This document shows positions 15,682-29,049 of a stretch of 64,000 nucleotides of DNA, piece by piece. Below the pieces are notes generated by a model, which was not told where the DNA came from, did no database searches, and saw only the letters and a program-made list of their open reading frames with translations. Position numbers and translations under genes: made by a program. How positions within the stretch are numbered: position 1 is the stretch's first letter; each line of letters opens with the position of its first letter. The DNA is taken from NCBI GenBank assembly GCA_030141605.1, contig JAQGDQ010000091.1, positions 124,001-188,000 of the forward strand. Direction: 5' to 3'. This DNA comes from Tubiluchus corallicola (taxonomy: Eukaryota > Animalia > Priapulida).

Positions 15682-18578
15682 TAGATTGATGTAGGGAGAT
15701 ACAAGCATACAACTTTTTACTATGATTAGTGATCTGGTACTGCTGCTTGTCAAAATGTTGAACGTGCTTTTCACTCTTGTGAATCTCTCCAAATGAACCG
15801 AAGGAGGGAAAGAGCGTTAGGTTAATAGCTGTTGGTAAGGTTTGGTCGTTTGCTACTACCGTTAATTTTTAGGGATTTGGTTATCTGGTTCCATCTAGTG
15901 AAAATGGCAGAATCATGGGAGCAGTCTTTGATTCTTGCGCTTTTCCCCAAATGGATAGGAAGGAGGAAAGAGCATCTCGTTTTACGGTAGTATTGTTTAT
16001 TATTTTTTCCTTTTTAGGAAATTGCTTTAAACAACTGGATAATTTTTAAAGTTTCTTTTGCCTAGCAGGAGCTTTATCAGTGTTTTGTTTGTTAATGTGT
16101 ACAAATAGTTTTTTCTGCCGGAAAATGACTGTACATTTCTGTCACTGTATTTATAATTAAATGTTGAAAACTCAGTATTTTGACGGACTTCGGTATTGGC
16201 GTGCAGAATTATCCATATTGATACAATTTTTGAATGAGTTTTAAAGAAATTCAACATGACTGTTTTCGCGGATTACGTAATTTTCTAGATCGTGCCAGTG
16301 TGTAACCATACTGTCATGCGTTGATGAACCTACTCACATATGTTAATAATGCATACTTATCTATATCATTTATATAAGATTTATAAAATGAAACACTTAG
16401 TTACTTTATTTTGCAATCAGATCTATGCAGAATTTTACTAAAGGTATGAGTAGGACAGTTTTCACTTTATATTAAAGACCTAGTTTACTACTGATGTCTT
16501 TTTATATTTGTATGCCAGAAGAATCCAACTACGGTTGTGTTATAGTGACAGCAATTGCTTGAAAAAATTATTTTGACCATGTAGTTCATGCTACTATAAA
16601 ATGATAGTACAGTGTTTATCACTACAAAAGTGCCACTGAATCATTGATTTTCCTAATTTTCTCTCACAGCTATCAAACTGAACAAATTCCAGTATTGGTG
16701 CAGTATTTAGACATCTGCCTAATGAATGGCAAAAGTACTCATAATAATATTTGTTATGCTTAAATGAATCATTGATTCTGTTGAAACATTCAACTAAAGC
16801 AGTAATTATCAAACTTTGAAATCTCGTGATTGCCTTTACCACACTAATTAATGTACAATATTAAAAGAATTTTTATCATAGTGTATGATGGGTGGTGCAT
16901 GGTTTAAAGAAAAGTTTGGTGATCCTGATCTGGTTAGTGAGGATGATCTCTTGAAAGCTGCTACAGAGTCTTTGCAAACTCATTTGGGAATATCGCAAGA
17001 CCCAATTCGGTCGCTAGTCACAGTAAATAAGGTAAAAGTCAGATGTAGTTTATTGTTGACTACACTTTTATTTTCTGTTACATACGATGCAATGTTTATC
17101 CCAATCAAGAGATTTTAGCTAGTGTTTATATTTGCATTTAAGAAAAAGAATTGGAATATGTGTATATAATTAAAACGTATGATGCATGTGGTGGCTTTCA
17201 TCAAAATTGCTTGGCAATTGTACTGTGTTATTACTTAGTCTAATTCACTTTCTATTTCTTTTTGCTTGAGCAGACTTTCTTGATAGTGAATTTGTCGGGC
17301 ATCTTTCCCCCATCTTGTCAGTATAGATTTACACAGCTTCTGTTTTTAGATATGAGGTGCTAATACTTTACTGTAATGCTAAGTAAGCTGCAGCAATGTA
17401 AATTGCAAATGATAAGTAAATGGGAAACAATTATTTTTAAAGTCTAACCAAATAAAGGTAGCAAATGACAAAAACATCAACATATCTGTAGAACTAGTTC
17501 AAGTGTGCCAGTTTGAAGCAAAGGAAAATTGTTGTGTTTGCTTATAGCAATATATAATTTTTTAATTGAACACTGATTTTAACTCGCTAGAATAAGATTT
17601 ATGATTATATTACGGTACTAAATGAATAATCGAAATGATACGACTAATAAATACCGTATTTTCCCGTGTATAAGAGACCCTTTTTTGCTCAGAATTTTCA
17701 CTTTAAAAATAGGGGGTCTCTTATACACGGGAGTAAGTCTTTTCAATCAGATGCATAAATTGTGACACTAATGATTTTAAAGAAATAAGTGCTCTACAAC
17801 TGTTTTATTTCGAATAATTATAGTTTCCTTTCAATAAATCTTCTCCATGGCTAAATTCTAATGATAAAATTATTAATATTAATCACGAAGTGGATGCAAG
17901 ATGCCGACTCCAATCTGACACCAACTGGCAAGATAAGAAAGCCAACCCTTGGAGAAGTCTGCAGCTGGGTCCTCAAGGCATGGAATGGTGTAAAGCTAGA
18001 GGTCATTATTAAATCTTTCAAGAAGTGTGGCATCTCCAATGCCATGGACGGCACAGAGGACAATGCCATTTTTGAGCAGAGTGACTCCTCTGATGATGAA
18101 CTGGCTGGAATTGCAGTTGATATTTTTGATGAGAGTGATGAGGAATTTAATGATTTCTATGATGAATAAAGTTATTCATTACCAAAAAACTTTTTTCCAG
18201 AATTTTTGCCTAAAAATTGAAGGGGTCTCTTATACACAAGGGTCTCTTATACACGGGAAAATACGGTACTTGGTTTCTATAAATTTGACGACACTGCTTA
18301 AATTGTCACTTAAAGCAATCTTGTTTTTGTGATTTTTTTATATACTTCTTGTTTCTTAGGAATGTATTCCACAGTACCGGATTGGACATTACAGCATACT
18401 GGAAGATTGTGTTTTACACATAAATGAACATAAACTCCCTCTCAGCCTTCTCGGGTCATCTTACACAGGTGTGAGTGTTAACGACTGCATTTACAACACT
18501 TGCAATGAAGTAATATCAGTAGGAGAGGGAATGTCTTCTAGAAAAGAAAAATCCACACAAGTTTCCTTTAAAATGTGA
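7525..18578 (+). CDS. PPOX: Protoporphyrinogen oxidase, 10 coding exons: 7525-7614, 8765-8899, 9595-9840, 10244-10388, 10642-10832, 11755-11815, 12905-13023, 15873-15986, 16882-17031, 18360-18578
   Basis: N-terminal FAD motif VVILGGGISGLSAAYY; also LLEA..HLGGWIKS, ELGPRSMR, NRYI, DESIYDFVNRRFG, WSLKSGMQTLPD, GFGYLVPSSE, MMGGAW, CIPQYRIGH and GSSYTGVSVNDCI. All introns are GT-AG with consistent phases. Confidence 0.95.
12465..12637. repeat. (CT)n microsatellite in PPOX intron
   Basis: Direct CT dinucleotide run. It explains the spurious ORFs at 12387-12717. Confidence 0.95.
14530..15240 (-). mobile_element. 3' fragment of a non-LTR retrotransposon (LINE ORF2 C-terminal Cys/His region plus 3' UTR)
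   Basis: ORF 14885-15217 reads RLRL...LNYSL...C..C.ENRTHYLLYCSAYANLR, typical of the C-terminal end of LINE ORF2. Confidence 0.65.
15635..15680. repeat. (AT)n microsatellite
   Basis: Direct AT dinucleotide run. Confidence 0.95.
17654..18266 (+). mobile_element. Non-autonomous pogo/Tc2-like DNA transposon (613 bp) in PPOX intron 9, keeping the transposase C-terminus
   Basis: TIR CCGTATTTTCCCGTGTATAAGAGACCC / GGGTCTCTTATACACGGGAAAATACGG, flanked by TA on both sides. Subterminal GGGGTCTCTTATACAC repeats. Internal ORF LTPTGKIRKP..WVLKAW..IIKSFKKCGISNAMDGTED with an acidic tail. Confidence 0.9.
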
Positions 18579-19259
18579 TGTTGAGGGCACATTAAGCTTA
18601 CATAAATTTTGATCTAAGTCACATAGCTTTTAAGCTTAGCATGTAGCTGCTTATAAATGAGATTATTTTGTTTAGGCAGAGACTACTGGGAAATGTAGAT
18701 TGTGAAAAGAATAAAAAAAATTATACTTCTATTATGTTGGCAAAAGACAACAGGAGGCAAACTGATGAGATCTGTCCAATGAAAATGGCCCTATGCTTAT
18801 GGATACAAGTGACATCCATGTTTTTGTTCCTTCTTGTTTTAAAAACCTTTTGTAAATTGGATGACCTGTTATCTATAATGTTAAGCAATGTTAATCATTG
18901 GTAGCAGAACACTGATGAGAATAAAGCGACAGATAACTTACTAACCACAGTGTGTGCATGGTTAAGAAGTAGTGCTGGGTTTGGTTAGTAAGTCAATGGT
19001 TGAATCAGAAAACTGCCATAACCGTTAGGTCTAGTTGGTGTGTGCTGAATTCCAGCTTCTGGTGTTTTAAACTATAAAAAATTGTAATGAGGTAAAAGTA
19101 TATTTATTTTTGTCTGTTGATAGGCAGACTGAACTAGCCTTTCTTAAAACAATTTCTGGGCATGTTTGAATGTACTGTGAAGTATTCACCATGATGTCAC
19201 CTTCATTATTGAAATCACTACAAAAAACTATAAACCAGGCTATTAAACCGGTAATCACC

Positions 19260-19429
19260 CACTTGGCCAGTGTTAAATATCGCCAGTCTGTTGTTTTGCC
19301 AGTCTATCATTTCACTAGTCTCATCTCACCTGTCTATTATCTTCGACAGTCTATCTTTTCGCCAGGCTATTATTTTGCCATTCTATCTGCCAAAATGATG
19401 TACTGGCAAAATTATGCACTGGCAAAGTG
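19260..19429. mobile_element. Small MITE-like element with internal ~17-bp tandem repeats
   Basis: CACTTGGCCAGTG ... CACTGGCAAAGTG inverted ends; internal repeats of CGCCAGTCTATCATTTT-like units. Confidence 0.5.
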
Positions 19430-19956
19430 TGAACTGCAAAATGGCATGCAGTACATTAAATCGCAGTAAAGCTTTCCTTTCATTTAATGATAAGTTAGGA
19501 TTTTTCTTTGTAAATAGTTAGCTTTAAGGGTTTCTGTGATATTGATAATTGTGATGTTATCTGTCGTCGCATTTTTTCACATAAGTGGTGCTGGAGAAAA
19601 CTTAGATATTGATTTCATCTGATTTTGTTCGTAGCCAACTTTTTTGCAAACATATGGAAAATGTTTTGTAATAGAAACTTGTTATAAAGTAAAGGTACTT
19701 AAAATGGTTGAAATATATATGCCTGAAATGAGAAAAACTAGTTGGTGTTTTTGTGATACATTTTCTCATGGTAAGACTTTTCTAGTTATGTGCACTATTA
19801 AGTGTATAAAACTCTACCGAGAAATCATGATTAAGGATCTTTACAATTCTTTAATACCAGTGTTTAACAAGTTTGGTATTTCCTGAGACATGACATTTGA
19901 TAGTGTTCAGTGTATGCTGTAAACATACATTAAGTTCATGCTTTATAAATAATTAG

Positions 19957-21442
19957 CTATAGATGTACTGCATGCTTTAGCTGAAATGAGAACGGACCAT
20001 TTGTTACAGCATCTACTGGCTCTGATACGAAGCAAGAGCGAAGTGTTTCATTTCGAAATTTGAGCATTTCAATGACTCCTCCCCATTCTGTATGTATTTC
20101 TCTTGTAACCACAGGGTAATCAGTCAGCAAATCTGTGCATTTAACATATTCACTTGCATTGCTGCTGTTCTTTGTACTCTTCCTACCACAGTGAAATGTC
20201 TCGTTGTTATTCAGATACAGCAGAAATTTCCTTGTATCTCGTGGTGCCGGTAAAAGCTGATTCCCCAGTGGACGGTCATGCAGCGGAAGCACAATGTTAA
20301 TTGGCCACATATGACCTTGTTCAGATTTATATCCATGTTCCCAGATGTGTGATGTATTTTGGCTGAAAAATGTTATATTTATATGAGGATATGGAACTTT
20401 TGTCTGTGTTGGATGTAGGAAAAATAGAAGGTAATTTTGTTCGCTGATGATTGCAAATTCGGGTCCAATGGTTTCTTTGAAGAAACTCTCTACAAACATC
20501 CTCTTTTCTTCTGATATCATTATTGCAAAGTTTTTAGTCCATGGTAGCAAGTCGTGCATCATGTATGACCCTAAAAATGTTAAAAAGGTGAACCAAAAGA
20601 AAATGAGCTTGTATAAGAAAGTTAAGTTGCACCTCTAAATGTACAGGTCTAGAAAAAATTAGTGACAGATTTCTTTATGTATAAAAACATAGTGTACCTT
20701 TCATGATGATATCTTTAACTAGTATTAATAATAGTATAACTTCATTACTGACCAGGTATGCATATCCATTTTCACTTGATTGAAAGAAATGAGATTAAAC
20801 TTTGAAGACTTTTGAAACGTTTACCTTTGTTGTAATTGTATTATTGTTTGTTTGGTGTGTTAAAGTAATTGTTATGTAAAAAAGCTTGACGAGCTCTACA
20901 CTGGATACTAGTGTGTTGATTTTTTGCTTGTGGGCTTTTCCAGTGACCTTTATATTCACACTGTATTACCATTTGACGATATGCAATGACTTGCCTAATA
21001 GTGTATCACCATGAATTAGAAAAGTGATACTTTTTGATTTGAGCAACAAATCGAGCATTTTCATCAATGCCAGCAATTTCCAATATTCATTCTGTTTCAT
21101 CAAGCGTGGCTGCTTTTCTGATGATTTCCACGGAACCACTGGACCGATGACACATGTCCCGGATTGCGTAAGAATATTTTGTGCTTGACCGGTACCATTA
21201 ATTAATGCTTGTGACACATGACTGTCACAGGGTGGCAATTCAGATAACTGTCGCTTCCAGGAGGCATTAATTTTCAAAGGAATTGCACGTATGTATTTCA
21301 CATAGTCGGAGTATGACAATCCAAGTCCATAAGTAAAAACGACACAGCCTGTCAATGTTGCAATTAATGTAATTATAATGATTACAATCACCCAATAATT
21401 ACAGTTTCTGTCCTTTTTAAGGTATATGCTAGTAATCATCAT
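19957..21442 (-). CDS. LicD/fukutin-family type II membrane protein (~353 aa); exons 21442-20995 and 20570-19957 joined by a GC-AG intron; probably catalytically dead
   Basis: N-terminal TM helix YWVIVIIIITLIATLTGCVVF. The spliced junction gives GDTLLGSYMMHDLLPW (LicD motif GTLLGxxRHxxxIPW). C-terminal RPLGNQLLPAPRD. Total 1062 nt, in frame. Confidence 0.8.
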
Positions 21443-23010
21443 TTCTATGGTAATTAAAATAGGTGTACTGCACTTCTCACGTATAAACTTGCTTGAAGTC
21501 CATGCCCACACTATAGAATTATGTAAACTGTGCTCTGTGCCTAACTGTAGCTCCTATGACAGAAATTGTTTGCCAGGGCAAAGTATAGTTTTGTTTGATC
21601 AAGCTGTGCTTGCAGAGTGTTTAATGTTCTGGCATAATGACATGAAAACAGCATTTACAACTGCACCCATCCTAATGAGGAATTTCTTTGTTAGGATGGA
21701 GAACAGGGACTAGTCTAGAATTTACATAGTACTATTTATGTTCACTAAATACAATTTGTCGATGAGTAGATGAAAAGGTATCAACGTAACACACATGCAA
21801 TAGCAAAATTGTGAAAAAGGTCACTGACATTACTGTGTCAATGAAGCACAAGAACTTGGCAAATTTTAATTTATTGTTTAGTGTAATGTGTGGCACCCAT
21901 GACTGGTTATGTAATCATCATAGTTCCTGTACTTTTATGCAACTTGTTTCTGAGATGTAACTGCTGCTGTGGCCTAAGTACTTGCCCTCCTAAAAATGTA
22001 TGGGTACAGCATCATTTTAAAGCATGATTTGAATTTGGATACTGTTATTTTCCAAAAAATATTTACTTTCTTAGTGTTAGCCAGTATGAGTACGAAAACT
22101 AATGCTGAAATGTGAGTTGTTAAACTGCTACAAAATTCTTCTGGTGGCAGAGCAAAAATAAATAAACTAATATACAGTTTTTACCAAATTTATTTAGAAT
22201 AAATATTGTTATTTACATTTAAACCACCTAGAAATTCACCATACAAAAAATCTGTTGCGAAAAAGCCGAATAATGAAAATGCCGTGGTTATAAAATTACT
22301 TCGGCTACATGCACTAGACAGTGTCATGTACATATTTTAATGCCCACATACTAACAAAAATACATGTGAATCTCGTTTTACAGATAAGGAAGAAGACAGA
22401 AAATTTTGAAAGTACTATACTTGTAATTTACACATTGCAAAACATATTATACTGGTTTTAGTAGCCAAGTGAAAACTACAATTTTTGAAAGTATCAAGAA
22501 TACAAAAATTATTAAAATCCTATACTCTACATAGAACATTTTTAATTAACATCTGCCATGTAGCAGTTATTTGCCATGCAAAGGCCGAGGAGTTCTATTT
22601 GCCATAACTTTAAGGATGACATGAAATATACTATTGAAGTAGTTGAACACACACAATCAAGCAGGCAGTTAAAAACTTGGATTCTTCATCATGCTTGCTC
22701 ATGCCATGTTGGGAAGCAATTAAAAAACGATTTCAGTGATTATCCTGATTGTAAACTGTAAACTTTATCTATGCCTTTCACTAATTTGTGCTGTTGCTTC
22801 ACGACATTACACAATTCATGCAAATCAATTTTACTACTTTGTTTAAAAAACTATGGAATTAGTCGTCTCTTTGTCTTACAAATACCTCTCATTAACATCA
22901 TAGCTGGGCAGACTCATAGGCCCAAACATACACATACATGATGGCACTCATATTGTGTCTCAAAATGCTAAATAATAACTTACTAAAAACAAATAACATA
23001 TATATTATCT

Positions 23011-26000
23011 CTACTTGGATGATTTCTTTCCTTGATGATGACCGGTGTCACTTCTTGTAGCATCCTGTTTAAGTGCAAGATAAATTAGTTATTTGCTTAA
23101 CTTTCAAGTCTATATTTTGACATATTTCCACAACACTATGTCATCCAAAAGTGTTTAATTTAATATAAGTGACTTAACCTGTGCAGGTTTGTTAAAAATA
23201 TTTCAGACATCTTACTATTTGGCTGCACAGCAATTATAACCAGCTATCATACCAAAGCCAAAAAAATAATAGAATGTTAATGGTACAGTTTGCACAGAAA
23301 TCATTATTGTCTACTGCCTGTAAATGAAATTTGCAACTTCAGATCAGTTTTGAAGAACAAAATGCTGCACCAAAGCAGGGGCGGAGCGAGGGGGGGCGCC
23401 CCCCTGCAAAATCGGACAAATTTTTTTGCAGTGAAAATTGCAGTTCGCATGTAATCATTTTCAATATGAATTAGAATTAGGTAAAAAAATGTTTGGTAGC
23501 TTCAGTATATTATTTTCTTAAAACTTGTGTGTGATAAATTTCTGTAAATAACAATTTAGTTAGAGGCACATTAATAACGTTAGGTTAACTGAGAGTTAAT
23601 TTTCTCATTATTGCTTTGTCCGCTACGCCGTCCTACACACATGCTAATTATAGGCCTGCATGCAGTATAAAAGGGGTTTAAAATTGGCTTAACCATTATT
23701 TAACCACTTCGGATACCTCGCCCCCCAGAAAATTCTTGCGCCCCCCTGCTTGCCACATCTAGTTCCGCCCCTGCACCAAAGTTCAGCATGGCTGTACTAC
23801 AAGTTACATACTAAACTGACATCAAATGCTAATGCAGCACTAAATTCATTTTCTTTATTAAAGATTCATTAGTCACAATAGGTTTTATTTTACTAGTAAA
23901 GTTTGTTTAAAATTAATTTGACAGCATCTTTCTTGACGTACTTTATCAGTAGTGCTACAGTAACCACAGCTTTGCAACACATTTCGAGCACTGTTGTTGA
24001 TGTGCTTAAATCTGTCTGGACCCAGTTGTATACCACCATACCATCTAGACACTATCACTATCACATTTTTCACGTCTAGAATCTAAAAATAGATTACAAA
24101 GATGTTTGTGAAAATCCATATGAAATGCTACAATACAATGTCACGGCCATTTTACAGACATTACAATACAGAAGTTGTTCAGAAATGAGCCTGGTTAATA
24201 AAGCACTATGGCTCAGCAAGATGGTGTGACTAGATGATAGTCAATATAGTCTACAATCATGAACGATCTCCTAAATAGATCTACATGCACTGCAGCAAAT
24301 TCCTTTAATGAACGCCAGGTTCATACCACATTGAGGCAGACATGTGATATGTTTAAATATCTCCAAGTTGAATATATATGGTACTGTCTACACATTAACA
24401 TGATTACGGAAACTCTAAAAGAATATAAAAAATAAATCATTAGTGAAAAAGCTTGGTGCAAACTCGCATTGTATTTACAAATTGACATAATTAATAAGCT
24501 AAATACACCAAAAACAATATACATTTACATTTATAACTAGCACCAGCAAATCATTTCTTCCCATGTATCTTTAATTTACTAATGCAATTCGACTATAACA
24601 TTAGGTTGTTGAAAAGTGCGTCAGTTATCCTAAATCTCTTTATAGTTTTACAGTTATTAAATTTCAAGTTAAGAAATATTTATTTATAGGCTATCCAATA
24701 TGAACTGACTTGTAACAAATGTAGCAGTCGTCTACCAGCAGCTGTTTCGCCATCATCATCACAATCTTGCACAATATTTCCTTTTTCTTTATTGTATATT
24801 CTGGAAGGGAGAATTAAAGCTTACTGTTTTAATAACATTTGTTTTACATAATAATACGTTAGCAATGAAATCCGTAAGACAAATAAAAAATAAACAAAGA
24901 AGTAATAACAAATTGCAGAGTTCAGATTTAAAGTCACCACAGACAAAAATGTCATAGGTTGATGTTAATTGAAAGATAGACTGAAAACAATGCCATCTAA
25001 AAATAATTCAGTAACACGACAGTTCTACCACCTGATGAGTTCTATAAATTTTAATTTATATCTTTGGTCGTAGACGAAGTGAAATAAAGTAAACATTTAA
25101 AAACTGGAAATCAGTTTAAGAAATAACAGCACAAACAAAAATTTTAACAACTGCAAATGCTCTTGCCATGAATCATTCTAAGTGTAATAGAGTAAGTAAA
25201 AATGGCAGTACCTGTAGGCCATGATGTTATGGGTAGCATTTGATATTTTTCGATTTTCCAGTAACTTGTTGAAAACAGATTTCACCTGACAAATTTCTGT
25301 TACCTCTGCTAGATGGCCTTGAAATGTGCTCTTCCGATCCACAATTGTATCACCGTGGTAAATATTAGGAGCTAATTCTGCTTCTAAAACAAAGATAAAA
25401 ACTTTAATAAACAGGATAGCCTCGCTTCATACTTGTGATTATGCGATATGATACACAGCTTTTTATGCATGCAAAAACAATCATGCATGTATGCACACAT
25501 AGACACATTTTATTGCTGCAAATTAAGTGAAAACTCATTACTTGGTTTTGGGTGTTCTTGGTCATCTGCATGTAATTCATGATGGTGGGTTTTCTTCTGC
25601 TGAAGTGCTATAAAAACAAAAATGTTCGTTAAAACACAAATTTCAGAAAAACAAGGCTCTGAGAATGGAACAATATCAACTAATACTTAGTATCTGTGAA
25701 AACATCTCAAATTGACTTTTCAAGCTAATGATAGTTTACTAAAGCTAATCGTGTGTTTTTTGGTAAAAGAAATATAAACAACACGGTGATACTGAAAGCA
25801 CAGTATTTAGTTTCTTATAGAGCTACTTTATACTTGCTAGGCTGTTCTTGTTGCGAAACATAAGACGTGAGAAATTCACGGGCTTTCTCAATCATTTCAT
25901 ATAAAATGCTATTGCCAATATTTTGGAGGTATACATCTTCTAAGCAATCTTTCAGCTGTTGGACCTCTTCTCGCCTTAGCCATGGAGCACTGCAAGTAGA

Positions 26001-27858
26001 AATAGACAGAATATTAAATATTGAAAACCAATTTAACTTAGATGCATAGAAAGAACCCTTTTCAATGTCTTTAATGATGAACCAAAACTTTTAATGCTTA
26101 TCTAACAAGGTTCATGTAGTATGCAAAAACCATTCAAGATATTTGACATATATTTTTTGCAAAAAACTGAATTGTAGCACCACCCTTGCATGTGTCATTT
26201 GCGCTTACTGGCTGCAAAACAAAAATGTAAACAAGCAGAATGCACTGCTTCTGCACTTGTATTTGTTATGCTTGCTAGGTATACCTGTTAGCACAAGGTT
26301 TACAACATTATTCGTGTGTGTTTTGACACACGATGTGAAATCTTAATTGATTGTCTTTAAAGGGTACGAGTCAAGTGGTCTAAAGGTAAGTAGTCTTTAA
26401 CATTTCTCAATATGCATTTTACCTTAATTGGTAGTAAGGTGGAGCTAAAGATGGACACTCCACTGGCAAAACAAACTGCAAAACAAGAAAAATAAATGAT
26501 TTAATATTACACTATTAGTAAAAAATTTCGTAGTTTAAATTTAACGTAAGATTCTCACTAACAACTTAATTTTCAATTGCAAAAGTAAAAAAGAATGTTG
26601 CAGGTCACACAATATTAGCTAATCTTTATAAAATTAAATTTCATACTAAATTAAAATGTAAGATTCATTCACTGTATGACATATGTTTCTGCCAAAATAT
26701 TTCATGTAAATTAATATATTGCAGTGCCAGATGAACAGCAATGATACTTCACAGAAAAAGTTGGTACTTTTGTTCATTAAAGAACTGTAATTATGGAACC
26801 CAGTCATAATGTCTTTGCCAAACCATAGCAATATTTTAATTCAAATGTTTACACACATGCAATTCCAATTACTGATTTTATAGTCAATAGAAGGTAGTAT
26901 ACAGAATTATCACTGAAATGAGTGGGTATAGCAAGAATTTCAACATAAAATTATTTACTTAACAATTTTAACAATGAAAAAAAAACACACTGCAAATCTT
27001 ATAATATAGGTTTACCGTCAAGGTTATAGAACGGAGTTGATTATCATCAGTTATGAGTACAGAATAGCTTTGATCTGATACATTTTCGATGCTCCACTCT
27101 TTTCCATAAATGGACGCCAATGCTTCTACTTCTTCTGCCTTTTAACGAAATGGAATAAGCACTCAAAATTGCAAAATGAGTTGCATAAGACAATTACGAA
27201 CTTATTTTATTTATTATTTAGTTTTCCCAAAAAGCAATGTACATTCGATGACAACAATAATAAGAAAATGACATGCCAAAAAACTAATTGCTTACAATAA
27301 AATGCTTCAATGTGTGCTGAAAGAAAGTTTGTAAACACAACCCTGATAGTGAGAAAGGGTTAGGCAAGACAAGGAAGGGTATTAAATTAGGTTGTGTAGA
27401 GAGAAAAGTGGTTAGTTAAGGGAGGATAAGTAATGTAATACGTACACTATATAAAAGAAATCTTGTAAAGTAAAATACATTACATTATTTTTATATAGAT
27501 AATACTTGTCATAGATATAATAATGATATCTATAATTCTAATGACTTAACAAATATGCTCATCCAAAAAATATCAAAGAAAAATTACGTCTTTTTAAAAA
27601 GCTTTCTTGACTTAGAAATTTATGTAATGCAGCGTTTATAAACTAGCATTTATCCACGTTACTTCATTACTTGCATTATTTCGTAAATAACATTAATGAT
27701 TAATCTTGTAAAACCGATACGGCCGACTCTAGCTGTCTACAAAAGTTCAGAAAATGGATATCTCCCAGGTGACTTATTATTTAACTTAATGGTAATGATA
27801 ATTGTAAAGTAACTTGGGTTGATACCTGCTTTGTCAGGTTATCATAATCATCATTCAT
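23011..27858 (-). CDS. IMPACT: Protein IMPACT (RWD + YigZ/UPF0029 domain); exons 27858-27826, 27138-27016, 26475-26423, 25989-~25830, ~25607-25542, 25383-25212, 24800-24710, 24082-23942, 23064-23011
   Basis: RWD motifs QAEEVEALASIYG and LPVECPSLAPP; also IVDRKSTFQGHLA, KISNATHNIMAYRI, DCDDDGETAAGRRLLHLLQILDVKNVIVIVSRWYGGIQLGPDRFKHINNSAR. The exon 4/5 junction is ambiguous. Confidence 0.92.
23376..23773. mobile_element. hAT-type MITE (398 bp) in the last IMPACT intron
   Basis: TIR CAGGGGCGGA / TCCGCCCCTG with a perfect 8-bp TSD CACCAAAG at 23368-23375 and 23774-23781. Confidence 0.9.
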
Positions 27859-29049
27859 GTCCTCTTTCGCCTGTCTTTAGCTCACAGTCTTTTATATTTA
27901 AAGGCTAAAACAATAAAGAAGACCTAAAATTTATAAATTAAAGGTACCTTACTTGAGATTTGACAGGTGTTTATATGTTTTAGAATTCACACACCTCTAC
28001 CTCAAAGTCTCAAACACATAACATGATGGTAGGACTATGTGTAAGAATAACACTTGCATTTCTTTGTTGAGGTATAAGTGCATGATTTAAATTACTTACC
28101 AAGTGTATACTTTCATTTACACAATAGTTTCTTTTTGTATCAATTGTTTCTGCTTAGAATTGCTTAGGCTTTTCAAATGTGCATAGTATTTTCAGTGCCA
28201 ACAGACTACCAGCTAACTGTCGACCAGCATGTGTAAATACAGACTATGATTACAAGAGCAAAAGAGCTGTTGACCTATTCAGAAAAATCAAAAACGTTAC
28301 ATAAATGTGCAAAATGCACTAATACATATCCACAATAAAAAGTCTACAACCTCTATGAATCAAGTTTGTTAACAGAAGTTACGACCCCCTCACCCAAATG
28401 GGATTTGAAGACATTTTCTAGGAAGAGTTTTATGAAATAACTTCCCCAATGTATATTTTTTCAAACATTGCACAAAACGAGTCTTTGATTTTTATTTAAA
28501 AAAATCCAGTGATTACAGATCCACTCAATGTAACAAATGTGGCAAGTGAATCAGTGATAAAAAGCATATTGATGAAAATTTCAAGGTTTTTTGAAAATTT
28601 CTCTCAGTTCCAGAGAGTTTCAGCATAGCTTTTTTTGCCTCAGTTCTAGTTTTTTCAGTGAATTAGGAAAGGCCTAATATGCATTACAAAAATAATATAA
28701 AATTGGTGTTGTGATTATAATAAGTTACTGTGTTGCTTTTTCTTTCTGTCATATCTGCAACTTCAGCCTATTCTTCTTCAAAATTTTAATAATAATGCTC
28801 TTCTGCTATGCCAGACAATAAATAACCATTAAAACAATTAGCGAACATAAAAGTTCAAAGGAATATAAAGTTTTAAATACAACTGATTCATGTGCTTGAA
28901 AATCTTAGGCACAGTCACACTAGCACAGTCGCACCTAAAGAGGTTACACATTAACACATATTAACCGGTATCTCTGATAATGCCAATTAGTAGCCACAGC
29001 AACAACCTGATAAATAGTGTGTAAACAGATTATAAGAATTTAAATATTC

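Noticed and set aside
25031-25085. CTGATGAG...GACGAAG hammerhead-like motif in an IMPACT intron
   Set aside because: GAAA core is broken and no stem I or III can be formed.
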